From NCBI RefSeq assembly GCF_006345805.1, contig NC_043011.1:39258464-39322463 (forward strand): DNA of 64,000 bases, written 5' to 3'. A program made the translations under genes and the position numbers. The notes beneath the pieces are model-generated. The model was not told where the DNA came from, searched no databases, and saw only the letters and a list, made by a program, of their open reading frames with translations. Shown in pieces: positions 38,060 through 50,195 of the stretch; position 1 is the stretch's first letter; each line of letters opens with the position of its first letter. The stretch is from Octopus sinensis. Lineage: Eukaryota.

Positions 38060-39540
38060 TTACCAACAAGCTGGCAGAATTCTTAGCATGCCAGGCAAAA
38101 TGCTTAGCAACATTTTGTCCATTTTCATATTCCGAGTTGAAATGCCACCGATGTCGTCTTTGCATTCATCCTTTTGGGGTCGATGAAATAAGTACCAGCT
38201 TACCACTGGGGTTGATGTAACTGACTACACCCTCCCCCCAGATTTCAGGCCTTGTGCTGATAGTAGAAAGGATTACTATTTAGGCAGTGAGCTGACGGAA
38301 TTCTTAACATGCTGGGCATTTTGTTACATTTCGGAATTTTGTCCATCTTTATATTCTGAGTTTAAATACCACTGAAGTGAACTGCCTTTCATTTTTCGGC
38401 GGAGTGATTGAGTACCAGTTAAACACTTGGGTTGATGAAATCAACTAGCGCCGTGTCCTGGAGTTTCAGTCGTTGAGCCTGCTGTAGAAATGATCAATGT
38501 TATTCTTAATTATTCATTATCAGTAAAACCTAATGACAGTTGTTTCTGAGTTGACCCCATGGAGTAGGTGTCTGAGAAACTCTATTCCCTCAACGCTCCC
38601 AAGAATAGTGGGTGGAGAAGCTGGTTAGGTGGTTAGTTAGCATGCCTGACAAAATGCTTAGCAGTAATTCTTGTGGCTCTTTACTGAGTTCAAATCCCAC
38701 TGCAGTCAACTTTGCTGCCCATCTTTTCAGGAGCAATAAAATAAAGATCCAGTTAAATAGTAGGGGCGGGGTCAATGGTTTTGACCATGCCACCTCCTCT
38801 AAAAATTGCTAGCCTTGTACCTAAATTAGAAGTCATCATCACCATCATCATCATCATCATCATTGGGGTGGTCAGCTAGTGGGATCATTAGCATGCTGGA
38901 CAAAATGCTTATTGGTATTTCGTCCAGCTTTAAGTTCTGAGTTCAAATTCCATCGACGTCAGCTTTGCTTTTCATCCTCTCAGAGTTGATAAAATAAATA
39001 CCACTTGATCACGGGTCAGTGTAACCATCTTGCTTCTTCTTTCAAACTTCCTGGCTTTTTGCCAAAATTTGAAGCAGTTATTATTAATTAAGGTGACGAG
39101 TTAACAGAACCATTAACACTGAGCAAAATGCTTAGGGGCATTTTGTTCACTCTTATATTCTGTGTTCAGATTCCACTGAAGTTGACTTGGCCTTTCATCG
39201 TTTCAGGGTTGATAGAATAAGTACCAGTTCAACACTGGGGTTGATGTAATCGACAAGTCCCTTCCTGCAAAACTGCTGGCCTTGTGCCAAAATTTGAAAC
39301 CATTATCATTATCGTTATCAAGGCTGCGAGCCGACAGAATCGTGAGTGCGCTGCACGAAATGCTTGGCTGTATTTTGCCCGTTGCTACAGTTTGAGTTCA
39401 AATTCTACCAAGGTCAACTTTACCTTTCATCCTTTAGGGGGTCAATAAAATAAGTACCAGTTGTGAACACTGGGGGTCGATGTTATTGACTCGTCCCCTT
39501 CTCCACAGTTGCTGCCTTTGTGGCAAACTTTGAAATCATC
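38060..39540 (+). mobile_element. Head-to-tail run of about 6 SINE family C copies
   Basis: Repeated aaaatgcttag...gagttcaaat...tttcatc...aagtaccag units separated by ATT/ATC repeats. Confidence 0.8.
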
Positions 39541-40068
39541 ATTATTATTATTGTTATATTCGATGTTGTTGTCTTTAGCTTAGCTCCATTGACTGTTGGC
39601 ACCACTGTCAATGGGTATTAATAGACAATCTTGATTTACAAAAGCTCTCTTCAAGGAGAATTACTTGGCTATGCAAGGCAGCAAGCTAATATTTTAAATA
39701 TAGCTTAGTCCAGCTGACTGTTAACTTTCATTCCATTTGTTGTCTGTCGAAGGTTGATGGCTGATCTTATTAGAAAAGAAGCGCTTCTGATTGATTGCTT
39801 GACTATGGTGGTGATGATGATGGTGGCTGTAGTGGTGGGGGTGGTTTGTAAGGGTTTTTTATTTTTTTAATGTCCATGTTCACATGGTTGTATGGTTGGG
39901 TTTTGTTTGTATGTATTTGTGTGTTTGCAAGACTGTCAATTGGTGTGTGTTTGTGTGTGTTGAGTGAGATTATTAATTGGGATTGTATGAGAGTTTGTGT
40001 GTGCATTTGTGGTACTTTTTTGTATATGATATTGTGTGTATATGTATTTGTGTGCATGTATACACACC

Positions 40069-40102
<34 letters not shown>

Positions 40103-40384
40103 TATATCCAATACACACAAGCCACAGATGCCCGTCCAGATTCATTCTCAACACAAAACCCACATAAACTGTCTCATACATATACATGTATGTGTATGTA
40201 TATAATATACACTCATATTTATAGTACAGGTGATTGGACAAACAAAAGAAAGAAGTACTCAATATATTTAGTAAGAGTAAGAGTTACATTTATTATCATT
40301 TAAAACAGTTTGATTTGGCAAGGGGCCAAATCAAGCTGTTTTAGGCAATAATATAATAATAATAATTGTAATCATGATGCTGTC

Positions 40385-40655
40385 TCCCTTTGAAGACAAT
40401 GTATGAGCATTCAGCTTTTGCCAAATGGCCTGCGCAAATGGTTTGTTTATAGTGATCAAATGTTCTTGCCTCGCAGTTGACTCTCCCCATCAAATTGATA
40501 TTGTATAAACAGGGGCACAGTGTGCCACACATCAAGTGTCGAAATGATTGCAGAGCAGTGTGAGATAAAGGTGTTTGCTCAAGAACACAACACACCACCC
40601 AGTCTAGGAATTGAAACCACAATCTCACGGACATGAGTGCAACACCCTGTGCGCC
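40385..40655 (-). mobile_element. SINE family B-like element
   Basis: Reverse of a tRNA-like head and CORE-like tgttcttgagcaaacaccttt. Confidence 0.7.
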
Positions 40656-40736
40656 TAACAATAATAATAGTCATAATATACACACATGCATGGTATATCT
40701 ATCTATCTATCTATCTATATAATATATATATATATA

Positions 40737-40967
40737 TGGATGCAGATGTCTTTAAAATAAAGCTGGACCTCTTCCTGTCAGGTGTCCCAGATGGACCAAC
40801 TTCACGGCAGGAGGTGCAGATGAGGGCAGCTACATCAAACTCTCTCATGCACCAAATGTCAATTGCTAAAAAGCATTTGTGAAGAAAAATCATGTAGCTA
40901 CACCAAATGGCAGTGCCCCAGCATGGCTACAGCTTGTGAGCTGAAACTAGATGAAAATGAAAATGAA
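40737..40967 (+). mobile_element. CR1/L2-group LINE 3' end (ORF2 C-terminus, 3' UTR, (GAAAAT)n tail)
   Basis: DVFKIKLDLFLSGVPDGPTSRQEVQMRAATSNSLMHQ matches the FKxxLDxFL..PD.P....RAA.SNSL motif; tail gatgaaaatgaaaatgaa. Confidence 0.8.
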
Positions 40968-41059
40968 TACAATAATTCCTGGTCTATCGCAGGTGTTACA
41001 TTCCAGAACCCCATTCAATAGGTGAATGTCGTGAAGTAGAAACAATACTGTACTCTCTC

Positions 41060-41448
41060 TCTTTACTCTTTTACTTGCTTCAGTCATTTGACTGCGGCCA
41101 TGCTGGAGCACCGCCTTTAGTCGAGCAAATCGACCCCGGGACTTATTTTTTGTAAGCCCAGTACTTATTCTATCGGTCTCTTTTGCCGAACCGCTAAGTG
41201 ACGGGGACGTAAACACACCAGCATCGGTTGTCAAGCAATGCTAGAGGGACAAACATATACATACACACATATATATACATATATACGACAGGCTTCTTTC
41301 AGTTCCGTCTACCAAATCCACTCACAAGGCATTGGTCGGCCCGAGGCTATAGCAGAAGACACTTGCCCAAGATGCCACACAGTGGGACTGAACCCAGAAC
41401 AATGCGGTTGGTAGGCAAGCTACTTACCACACAGCCACTCCTGCGCCT
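41060..41448 (-). mobile_element. SINE family A, full length, near consensus
   Basis: Reverse complement of the family A consensus with many CpGs retained. Confidence 0.9.
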
Positions 41449-42259
41449 ATTTTTTTTTATTACTTTTATAATTTGCATATATTTATTTTATCATAAATGC
41501 AAAACAACACCACGGAGGTATCGATGTAGGTTTTAATAATAAACCACAACAGGTGAACTGTGATAGATGAACCGCGATATGGTGAGGGATTCTGTATATC
41601 ATATACACACTTATATATATTAGTATACATATGTATACACTCAAACACACATACATGCATATATTCTCCCATTGTACTCAGTTGCTTTGTACTTCCACAG
41701 AGAAATGGTGATGAAAGATGAAAGTAGGTCTACACTCCGCTGCTGCGATTGTCCATGATCAGGAGCATGACACCATTCCCCACAGCCGTTCCCCCGTTCC
41801 CTGTACAAGCTCGTCAACTCAAAACAAAAGCTGCCTAGCACCACATTATTAAACACTGCAACGTGTGCTACGAAGTGTAATAAACCTAACCGACTTCCAA
41901 GACAAAAGCAAAACTCAGGAAGTATTTCGAAGGCCATTAAAAACAAACCCAGCACTTAACGTTACAATCTCTGCCACTGTTCACAATTCCTCTTGTGTTA
42001 CTTGTTTCGGTTTTCTCTTGATTGGAATTGTGGAATTGGTAATTTGTTTTCCTGGTTGAAGTGTAATAGACTTCCATTAGTTTGCTTCCTGTGTTTAGTT
42101 TTTTTTTTTTTATCTGTTTTATATCTTTTTTGTTACTGCTTTTTTTTCCTGTTCCTGTGTTGTTTTGTTTTTATTATTCTGTTTACCTTTTTTTTAGTTT
42201 TCTTTGTTTCTTTTTTTCATTTTTCACTTCTTGTGTGTGTTTATGATGTTTGTATTTAC

Positions 42260-42785
42260 TTGCATTCATGTATACATTTATGTGTGTATATGTATGTATA
42301 TGTATATATATATATATTTGCATATGATACATTTATGTAGATGTGTGTCTATATGTATGATTTATGCACATGTTGATATATGATATTTATATTAATATAT
42401 GTGTGTGTATGTATACAAATGTGTATATGTATATATGTGTATATTTGTGTGTATATTTGTATGTATATATGTGTATATTTGTATGTATATATGTGTATAT
42501 TTGTATGTATGTATGTGTATATTTGTATGTATATACATATATATATGTGTGTGTATATTTATTTCTATATATATATATGTGTGTATATTTGTATATATAT
42601 GTGTGTATATCTGTATATATGTTTGTATATTTGTACATATGTGTGTATATTTGTATATTTATATGTGTATATATGTTTGTATATTTGTACATATGTTTGT
42701 ATATTTGTATATATATGTGTATATATGTATATATATCTGTGTATATATGTGTGTGTAAATGTATATATGTGTGTGTATATGTGTC
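42260..42785. repeat. TA/TG compound microsatellite with gtatatttgt subunits
   Basis: Direct inspection. Confidence 0.9.
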
Positions 42786-42787
42786 TT

Positions 42788-43180
42788 AAGGTGGTGAGCT
42801 GGCAGAAACGTTAGCTTACCAGGCGAAATGCCTAGCACCATTTCATCTGCCGTTACATTCTGAGTTCAAATTCCTCCAAGGTCGACTTTGCCTTTCATCC
42901 TTTCGGGGCTGATTAAATAAATACCAGTTATACCGTGCTTGTGTTGACCAGTCAAGCCAAGTGAAATCGTAGTTGTGGCCGATGCCAGTGTTGGGTCAAT
43001 GGCACCAGTGCTGGTGGTACGTAAAAGCACCCATTACACTCTTCGAGTGGTTGGCATTAGAAAAGGCATCCAGGTGTCGAAACCATACCAAATCAAATTA
43101 GAACCTGGTGCTGCCCTCCAGCTTACCAGTTTTCAGTCAAACCATCCGTGGAAAGCAGATGTTAAACAACAATGAAGATG
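42788..43180 (+). mobile_element. SINE family C copy followed by a family D RTE 3' end
   Basis: aaggtggtgagctggcagaaacg...gcctttcatcctttcgggg, then gagtggttggcattagaaaaggcatcc...gatgttaaac. Confidence 0.8.
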
Positions 43181-43184
43181 ATTT

Positions 43185-43750
43185 ATATGTGTGTGTATAT
43201 ATATGTATATATAAAGGGAAAATATGTGTATATATATGTATATATATATACATATATATATATATATTATATATATATATATACACACACATATATATAT
43301 ATACACACACATATATATACATATATACACACATATATATATATATATACACATATATATATAACATATATACACACATATATATTACACACATATATAT
43401 ACATATATACACACATATATATATACACATATATATACATATATACACACATATATATATACACATATACACACATATATATATATACCTATACATATAT
43501 ATATACATATATATATATATACATATATATACATATATATATATATATATACATATATATACATATATATATACATATATATATATATATGCATACATAT
43601 ATACATATATATATACATATATATATATATATGCATACATATATATATATATATGCATACATATATATATATATATGCATACATATATATATATATGCAT
43701 ACATATATATATACATACACACACACACATATATATATACATATATAAAG
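43185..43750. repeat. (TA)n/(TACA) microsatellite
   Basis: Direct inspection. Confidence 0.95.
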
Positions 43751-43988
43751 TGCGTGTTTGTGTGCACAGGAATGCACACACCATCCACCCACTCTCTGTG
43801 ACATGTTTAGCTTTAAACAAAATTCTTCCGAATAAATCACTTCAGTGTTACTTTCTCTCTCTCTCTCCCTCTCTCTCTCTCTCTCCCTTCCATTCATAAG
43901 ACGTACTGACTGTTTCAATTATCTTTGGTTCCTGTTCTCTCTGGTACTGTAAGGTACTGGGTACTTTTGTACATGCGTGTATATTCGG

Positions 43989-44030
<42 letters not shown>

Positions 44031-45175
44031 GTAGTAGGAATTGTGTCGCAGTGTGCATGACTGACTGTCTGGGACCCTGCTAGTATGTATGAATCTGTGT
44101 GCGTGTGTAGCTTTTTTATGTTGGCATCTGTTGGAGATCGTGTTTGCAGGTGTATGTTGATGTGTCTCTCTGATGAACCTGTGTGCGTGCACAGGTACGT
44201 GTGCATGTGTGTGCTTTTGTGTTAAAGTCTTGTTTACTTATTGTTGTTTTTTAGGGGGATGTTTTTCTTTTTTGTATCTCTTGGTGTCTGTTGCTAAATT
44301 TTTTTTCCTGTTTTTACAATGCGTGTTTGTTTCATTTATTTGTGTACAAGTATACGTGTATCTATATGTGTATATTATGTGTGTGTGTATGTATGTATGT
44401 GTGTGTGTGTGTCAGTGTCTGTTGCTAAACTTGTTTCATTTGATTTCGGCTGTGTGTGTGTGTGAGAATGTGTTTGTATGTATTTGTGTGAGTTTGTGTG
44501 TGTACGTATCTGTGTTCGTGTGTGTACAAATTTGAGTATTTGTGTGTTCATGTTTGCATGTTTATGTGTGTTTGCTTGTATGTATGTATGTATGTATGCA
44601 GTGAAACCTTCTGTACGTATGCAATGATTTCTTGTCCTTTTTTTTGTTGTTTGTTTGTTTGTCTTTTAATTTTTGTTTTCGTTAATTTAATTTTATTTCT
44701 ACTTTCCTCTCATCTCTCTTCTTAGTGTTGTTATCTCTGTGCTTTATGTTTTATTTCATTCGTTTTTCTCTGCTGCTGCTGGAAAATGGAAAATAGCAAA
44801 ACCAACCAAAAAAAAAGGAAAAAGAAATAAAATAAAAAAAAAAAGAAATAAAAGGACAGAAAAAGAAAGACAAAAACCTGTTTCAACTCATTTCCGTCTT
44901 TTAGCAGAAGCAAACACCTACCTCGCTACCTACCTACACACCTACCTGCCTCCAAACATACGAACATAACATAACTTAGCAGAGATCAAACACAACATCT
45001 GCAATATTTGTATGCAATTAAATAAATAACAATACAGGTATAATCTATATACTCCTAGTATCTTTGCGATGTTTAAGTTCTAATGAAATTGGCCATTGTC
45101 GTTATGTCTATGTCGCGACTAAAGCTCGCATAAGAGTGCACATGCACATATGTGCATGCTATGAGATTTTTTTAA

Positions 45176-45384
45176 CCCTTTAGCTTTCAGAGTATTCTGT
45201 TAAATATAAACCTCATTTGTTCCCTTTGTTTTGAATTAATCATCAAGATTTTGATGATGTGCTTGTTTGTTTTTTCATAATATGATATCGTAAAGTATGT
45301 GTGAGAGGCTGGATCCAGCCAGTTTGAAACGTAACGCTTGTGGGATATTTGGGCTAGGTGTGGTTATTTTAAACACTTAAAGGG
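45176..45384. mobile_element. piggyBac-type MITE (209 bp)
   Basis: TTAA at 45172-75 and 45385-88; termini cccttta...taaaggg. Confidence 0.75.
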
Positions 45385-45584
45385 TTAATGTTATTTCGTC
45401 TTTATTCAGAACGCATTATAGGCGTATATTTGCATGGCTGCATATGTATGCACATATCTGTACATTTGTATGCGTGTGTGTGTGTGTGTGTGCAAGTACA
45501 TACATACACGCATATCTTCATACTAACACGCTCACATAGGTACGTCATGAACATCCTTTTCTACGCTAGGCACAAGGCTCAAAA

Positions 45585-45914
45585 TTTTTGCGGAGGGGGC
45601 CAGTCGATTAGATTGACACCAGTATGCAACCGGTACTTAATTTATCGACCCCCAAAAGGATGAAAGGCAAAGTCGGGGGAATTTGAACTCAGAACATGAA
45701 ATATGTCATGAATATCATCATAACTATTTAATGCCCATGCTCCAGGATCAAAGTTTTTGCGGAGGGGGCCAGTCGATTAGATCGACACCAGTATGCAACC
45801 GGTACTTAATTTATTGACCCCCAAAAGGATGAAAGGCAAAGTCGGCGGAATTTGAACTCAGAACACAAAACATGTCGTGAATATCATCATAACTATTTAA
45901 TGCCCATGCTCCAG
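45585..45914 (-). repeat. 169-bp tandem duplication of a truncated SINE C/family D junction
   Basis: tttttgcggagggggcc...gcccatgctccag at 45585-45745 and 45754-45914. Confidence 0.9.
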
Positions 45915-46627
45915 ACTGGCATTGATGAATGGTTTGGCAAGATCTGATGTGTCCAAGAATTGCATTTTCTTCCAGTGTCTGCTTTGGCATCGTTTCTGCA
46001 GCTGGGTGCCCTTTGTAACACCATCCACTTTAGTGCATGTACTACTAAGTGGAAGGGAAGCCACTTGCTGCGAGCGCTTGAAGGTAAGGCCTTTATGACG
46101 GAAACAGCCATCTAATCATATGAAATAAATGACTTGGGGTCCCACCCATCTGATAACATTACATGTGTTTGTAATAGGTACCATGCAAATGCATAGATAA
46201 GGGTACACATGGATGTTTGTATATAAGCAAGTAGTGCAAGGCTATGTAATTGGAGAAACTTATTGCAAGGGGCCGTGCAGTTGGACCAAACTCAAAATCT
46301 CATGGCTAAGAAGCAAACTTTTACCACACTGCTATATCTGTGCCTACATACATACATACATATATATATGTACACACACACAGACATGATTAAGCTCATA
46401 GAGGCAAAACATGGTGGAAAAATTAGTACTTGAATACCAAAGATAGATCAATATGCATTTTTTTTTTTTTGAAGCTGCAAAAACTGCTACTCAGAGTTTC
46501 ACGTTCCCATTCGCCAGGCAATCTTGATCACAACTGCTCTTACAAATGAGAACATGAGACCCTGGGTAGCAATTTTTGTGATGTTTTTGCAGCTTCAGTG
46601 ATAAATAAGCAAAGTATATGTGTGTGT

Positions 46628-46663
<36 letters not shown>

Positions 46664-46667
<4 letters not shown>

Positions 46668-47281
46668 TAAGCAATAAAGGGTTTAGCAACGAATTGCCTT
46701 ACCACATACCGAATTTAGAATAGCAGTCAAGAGTTATAGCTATTTCTCTTCTACAAAAAGGAGATCTCAGTAAAAACAGCATTGGAAGGGACACAAACGG
46801 TAAGAGAGAATGAATTGACGGCAATCTATCATACAATTTTAATTATCTACGGACGTACGTTTCGAAATCAAGTTTTTAGGAAAGGATAAGAATTAAATAT
46901 TAAATAATTCTATCTTACCAAAACTTCTTTCTCTTCAGCGTAGAATACTATAATCATAAATGATTATATATTGAATTTTGAATACTAGAAGGCACCAACT
47001 CAACTCAGTATCAGAGCGAGCTAGAATCCGCACTAGTATCACTAAATTCAATGCGTGAATGAAAAGATTGTGTCAACCAGCCCCTTCCCACCGCGTGTAG
47101 CCAAAACAAGATGCTGTGGTCATCTACTGAGATAAAATATGGTTATCCGTAATAATGAAGGGTGAAATTATTAATTGGAATAATTATCAATTACACCAGT
47201 AGTCTTCGGCATGTAAAGCCTCATTCGAGGAGAATTTAAGTAATACTAAGGCATAAAGGGTTTAGCAACGAATTGCCTTAC
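46664..47281 (-). mobile_element. 579-bp-period hammerhead-bearing element with 39-bp terminal direct repeats (Penelope pseudo-LTR or retrozyme-like), inserted in (TA)n
   Basis: atactaagcaataaagggtttagcaacgaattgccttac (46664-46702) and atactaaggcataaagggtttagcaacgaattgccttac (47243-47281); internal hammerhead; no ORF in the supplied track. Confidence 0.75.
46846..46944 (-). ncRNA. Type I hammerhead ribozyme with intact catalytic core
   Basis: 5'-UCUACG CUGAAGA [G...68-nt stem II...C] GAA ACGUACGU C CGUAGA-3': 6-bp stem I, full CUGANGA/GAAA core, G10.1-C11.1 pair, GUC cleavage triplet. Confidence 0.85.
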
Positions 47282-47299
47282 ACATATATATATATATTT

Positions 47300-47360
47300 A
47301 ATGGCAGTGCATCAGCATGGCTGCAGCTCTGAGCTGAAACTACAGAAAAGAAAAAAAAAG
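47300..47360 (+). mobile_element. Extremely truncated LINE 3' tail
   Basis: atggcagtgcatcagcatggctgcagctctgagctgaaacta + A-rich tail matches 40907-40950. Confidence 0.65.
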
Positions 47361-47754
47361 GAAATACAGTGATTGAAATAGCCCTGGGGGTGCTATATTA
47401 CATCTACTTTTTTTTTTCTACTATTTATTTTATAGCATATTTGGTTTAAATTTGTGCAGCTAGATGCAGTTTGCTAGTTTTCTATGCTGCAGGAATGTGC
47501 ATCAGAGAAATTTAAACCAAGTACACTATAGAATTGACTATGGGAATAAAAGATATTCAGATGCACTAATCTCCACATTCATTGGATACACACTCAGTAA
47601 AATATTCTTAATCCACCAAAACAAACCCAGGATTTACTTGTTGGGTGAATTACGGTGGGATCGCTCATCATAAGTAATCCTAGGTGCTCCTTAGAACTTG
47701 ATGTGGTTAGCCAGAACCCAGATTATAACCAGACACCTGTATAGTAGCTGCCTG

Positions 47755-47930
47755 GATAATTTATCCGTAGCTACTCTGCAAGATGGTTAGTGTTGGAAAG
47801 GACATTCAGCTGTAGAAATCTTGCCAAAACATGACAAAGAAGTTTGGTGCAGTCTTCTTCTTCTGGTTAGCCAGCTCCTGTCAAACCGTCCAACCCATGC
47901 CAGCATGGAAAGCAGATATTAAACGACGAC
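47755..47930 (+). mobile_element. Family D RTE 3' end
   Basis: gtcaaaccgtccaacccatgccagcatggaaagcagatattaaacg. Confidence 0.75.
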
Positions 47931-48159
47931 AAAATTACACACACACACAAATACGCATTAGAGGTTTTTATCCAGTTTCTGTCACTCACCTGGGATGGGG
48001 GTGGGGCTATATTACCCAAGGTGTCACAAAGTGGCACTGAGCTTCAAGCCACAGACTTGCTAAGAGAGCTCCTTAAGCACACTGCTATATATGCATGTCT
48101 CTCACCCTCTCACCCTACACACATATACACACATTCATGCATAAATACGTACCTTTTGT

Positions 48160-48540
48160 TTTTTATTTGTTTTAGTCATTTGATTGTGGCCGTGCTGGGG
48201 CACCCCTTTGATGAATTTTAGTTGAATGAATCGACCCCAGGACTTCATTTTTTCTTTAGCCTAATACTTATTCTTTCAATCTCTGAGGTCAAACTGTTAA
48301 GTTACGGGGACGTAAACACACTATGTGGTGGTGGTGGTGCAGGGTGGTTGATGGGCAAACACGCATATATACGACCAACTTCTTTCAGTTTCTATCTTCC
48401 AGGTCCACTCACAAGTTTGTGGTTGGCCCAGGGCTATAGTAAGTGATGCTTGCCCAAGATGCCATGCAGTGGGACTGAACCTGGAACCATGTGGTTGGGA
48501 AACAAGCGTCTTAACACACAGCAACACCTTCACCTGTGTA
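48160..48540 (-). mobile_element. SINE family A (diverged)
   Basis: Reverse complement of the family A tail and head. Confidence 0.8.
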
Positions 48541-49157
48541 TAATATGCATACATATACATATACACTCACACACACACACACACATATATATAGAGAGAG
48601 AGACAGACAGAGATAAAGATATATATGTACTCATTTATATAGACGTAGGAATGACCATAGCAAAGACACTCATTAAATGATGCACTCAATGGCTATCTCT
48701 TTGTTAATAATGTGTTATTGATCTACTCCTGTAGAACTAATCATGGTTGATGAACCAACAACAACTAAAACTACCCCCTGAAGCAACAACAACAACCACA
48801 ACATACAGAATCCTCTCACTGAAGTACATAAACCCTATCAACATTGATGTTGTTGCCAGCTCTTAATGCTTATTTGGTGAAGCATGAAACAAACTATACA
48901 TGAGACAAGTCTTTGGAGATGTGGCATGGAACACTGGTGAATTACAAGTTCAGCCTCCCTCGCATCAATGAAAAATTCCTCCATTCATTCTCATTTAGCC
49001 AGCTCTTTATTTCTACAATTATTTTTGTTTAATTAATTATTATTTCGTTTGGTATTGTTTTGTGTTCATTCATTTGTAACGGGAGTTGTGTACTTAGATG
49101 GATGAGATAGTTGGAAGGTCAACTAGTTGTTTTGTTTTGATCTTATTGTAGCACACA

Positions 49158-49410
49158 GTGAAGGCACATGGCTCAGTGGTTCGAGCGTCGGGCTCACAAT
49201 CTGGAAGTAGTGAGTTCGGTTCCCGGACTGGGCTGTGTGTTGCGTCCTTGAGCAAGACATTTTATTTTCATGTGGTTTCAGTTCACTCAGCTGTAGAAAT
49301 GAGTTGTGACATCACCAGTGTCAAGCTGTATCAGCCTTTGCCCTTCCCTTGGATAACATCAGTGGCATGAAGAGGGGAGGTTGGTATGCATGGGCGATAG
49401 CTGGTCATCT
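49158..49410 (+). mobile_element. SINE family B, 3'-truncated
   Basis: gtgaaggcacatggctcagtggttcgagcg...gagttcggttccc; matches 27234. Confidence 0.85.
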
Positions 49411-49439
49411 GTTATTCATCATCATCATCATCATTATGA

Positions 49440-49660
49440 AGGCGACCAGGCAGAAAGCTTGTCAGACGAAAATGGTGTCATTTCTTCCAAATCCTTACAT
49501 TCTGAGCTCAAATACCACTAAGGTTGACTTTGTCTTTCATCCATTTGGGGGTCAATAAAATAAAGTACCAGCCAAGTACTGGAATTGATTCAACTGACTA
49601 AGTACCCAAAACACACCCACTAAAAAAATTCAGCTCTTGTGCTTACAATAGAAAGGATTA
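49440..49660 (+). mobile_element. SINE family C
   Basis: gactttgtctttcatccatttgggggtcaataaaataaagtaccag...gaaaggattatt. Confidence 0.75.
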
Positions 49661-49775
49661 TTATTATTATTATTATTATTTATTTATTTTTAAGCATTTT
49701 TTTTTTTCACTTTTTGAGAAAATATACTTCAAACGATAGTGTGCATTTGTTTTACTTTCATTTTCCATGAAGCGG

Positions 49776-49811
<36 letters not shown>

Positions 49812-49939
49812 AGTGCAGGTGTGGCTGTGTGGTAAGATGCTTGCTTACCATGGGCCTGGTCCCAGGTTCAGTCCCACTGCATGGCACCTTGTGACTGGAT
49901 TTGGTTGGCTGAAACTGAAAGAAGCACATCATATATATA

Positions 49940-49985
<46 letters not shown>

Positions 49986-50195
49986 ATATATTTGTGTTTG
50001 TCCCTGTCCCCCCATCACTTGACAACTGATATTGGTTTGTTTATGTTCCCGTAACTTAGCGGTTCAGCTATAATAACTGATAGAATAAGTACTAGGCTTG
50101 CGAAGAATAAGCCGTCAGGTCTATTGGTTCGGCTAAAGGCAGTGCTCCAGCATGGCCGCAGTCAAATGACTGAAGTAAGTAAAGGAATAAAAGAA
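49812..50195 (+). mobile_element. SINE family A
   Basis: Matches the family A consensus with a small deletion. Confidence 0.85.

Noticed and set aside
47199-47230. Second hammerhead-like string in the 579-bp unit (minus: CGAAUGA GGC-UUUACAU-GCC GAAGAC)
   Set aside because: Two core mismatches, no A15.1 and no clear stem I or III; at best a relic.
48735-48870. Thr-rich frame after an acceptor-like ctcctgtag
   Set aside because: In-frame TGA after about 15 codons, and no donor.
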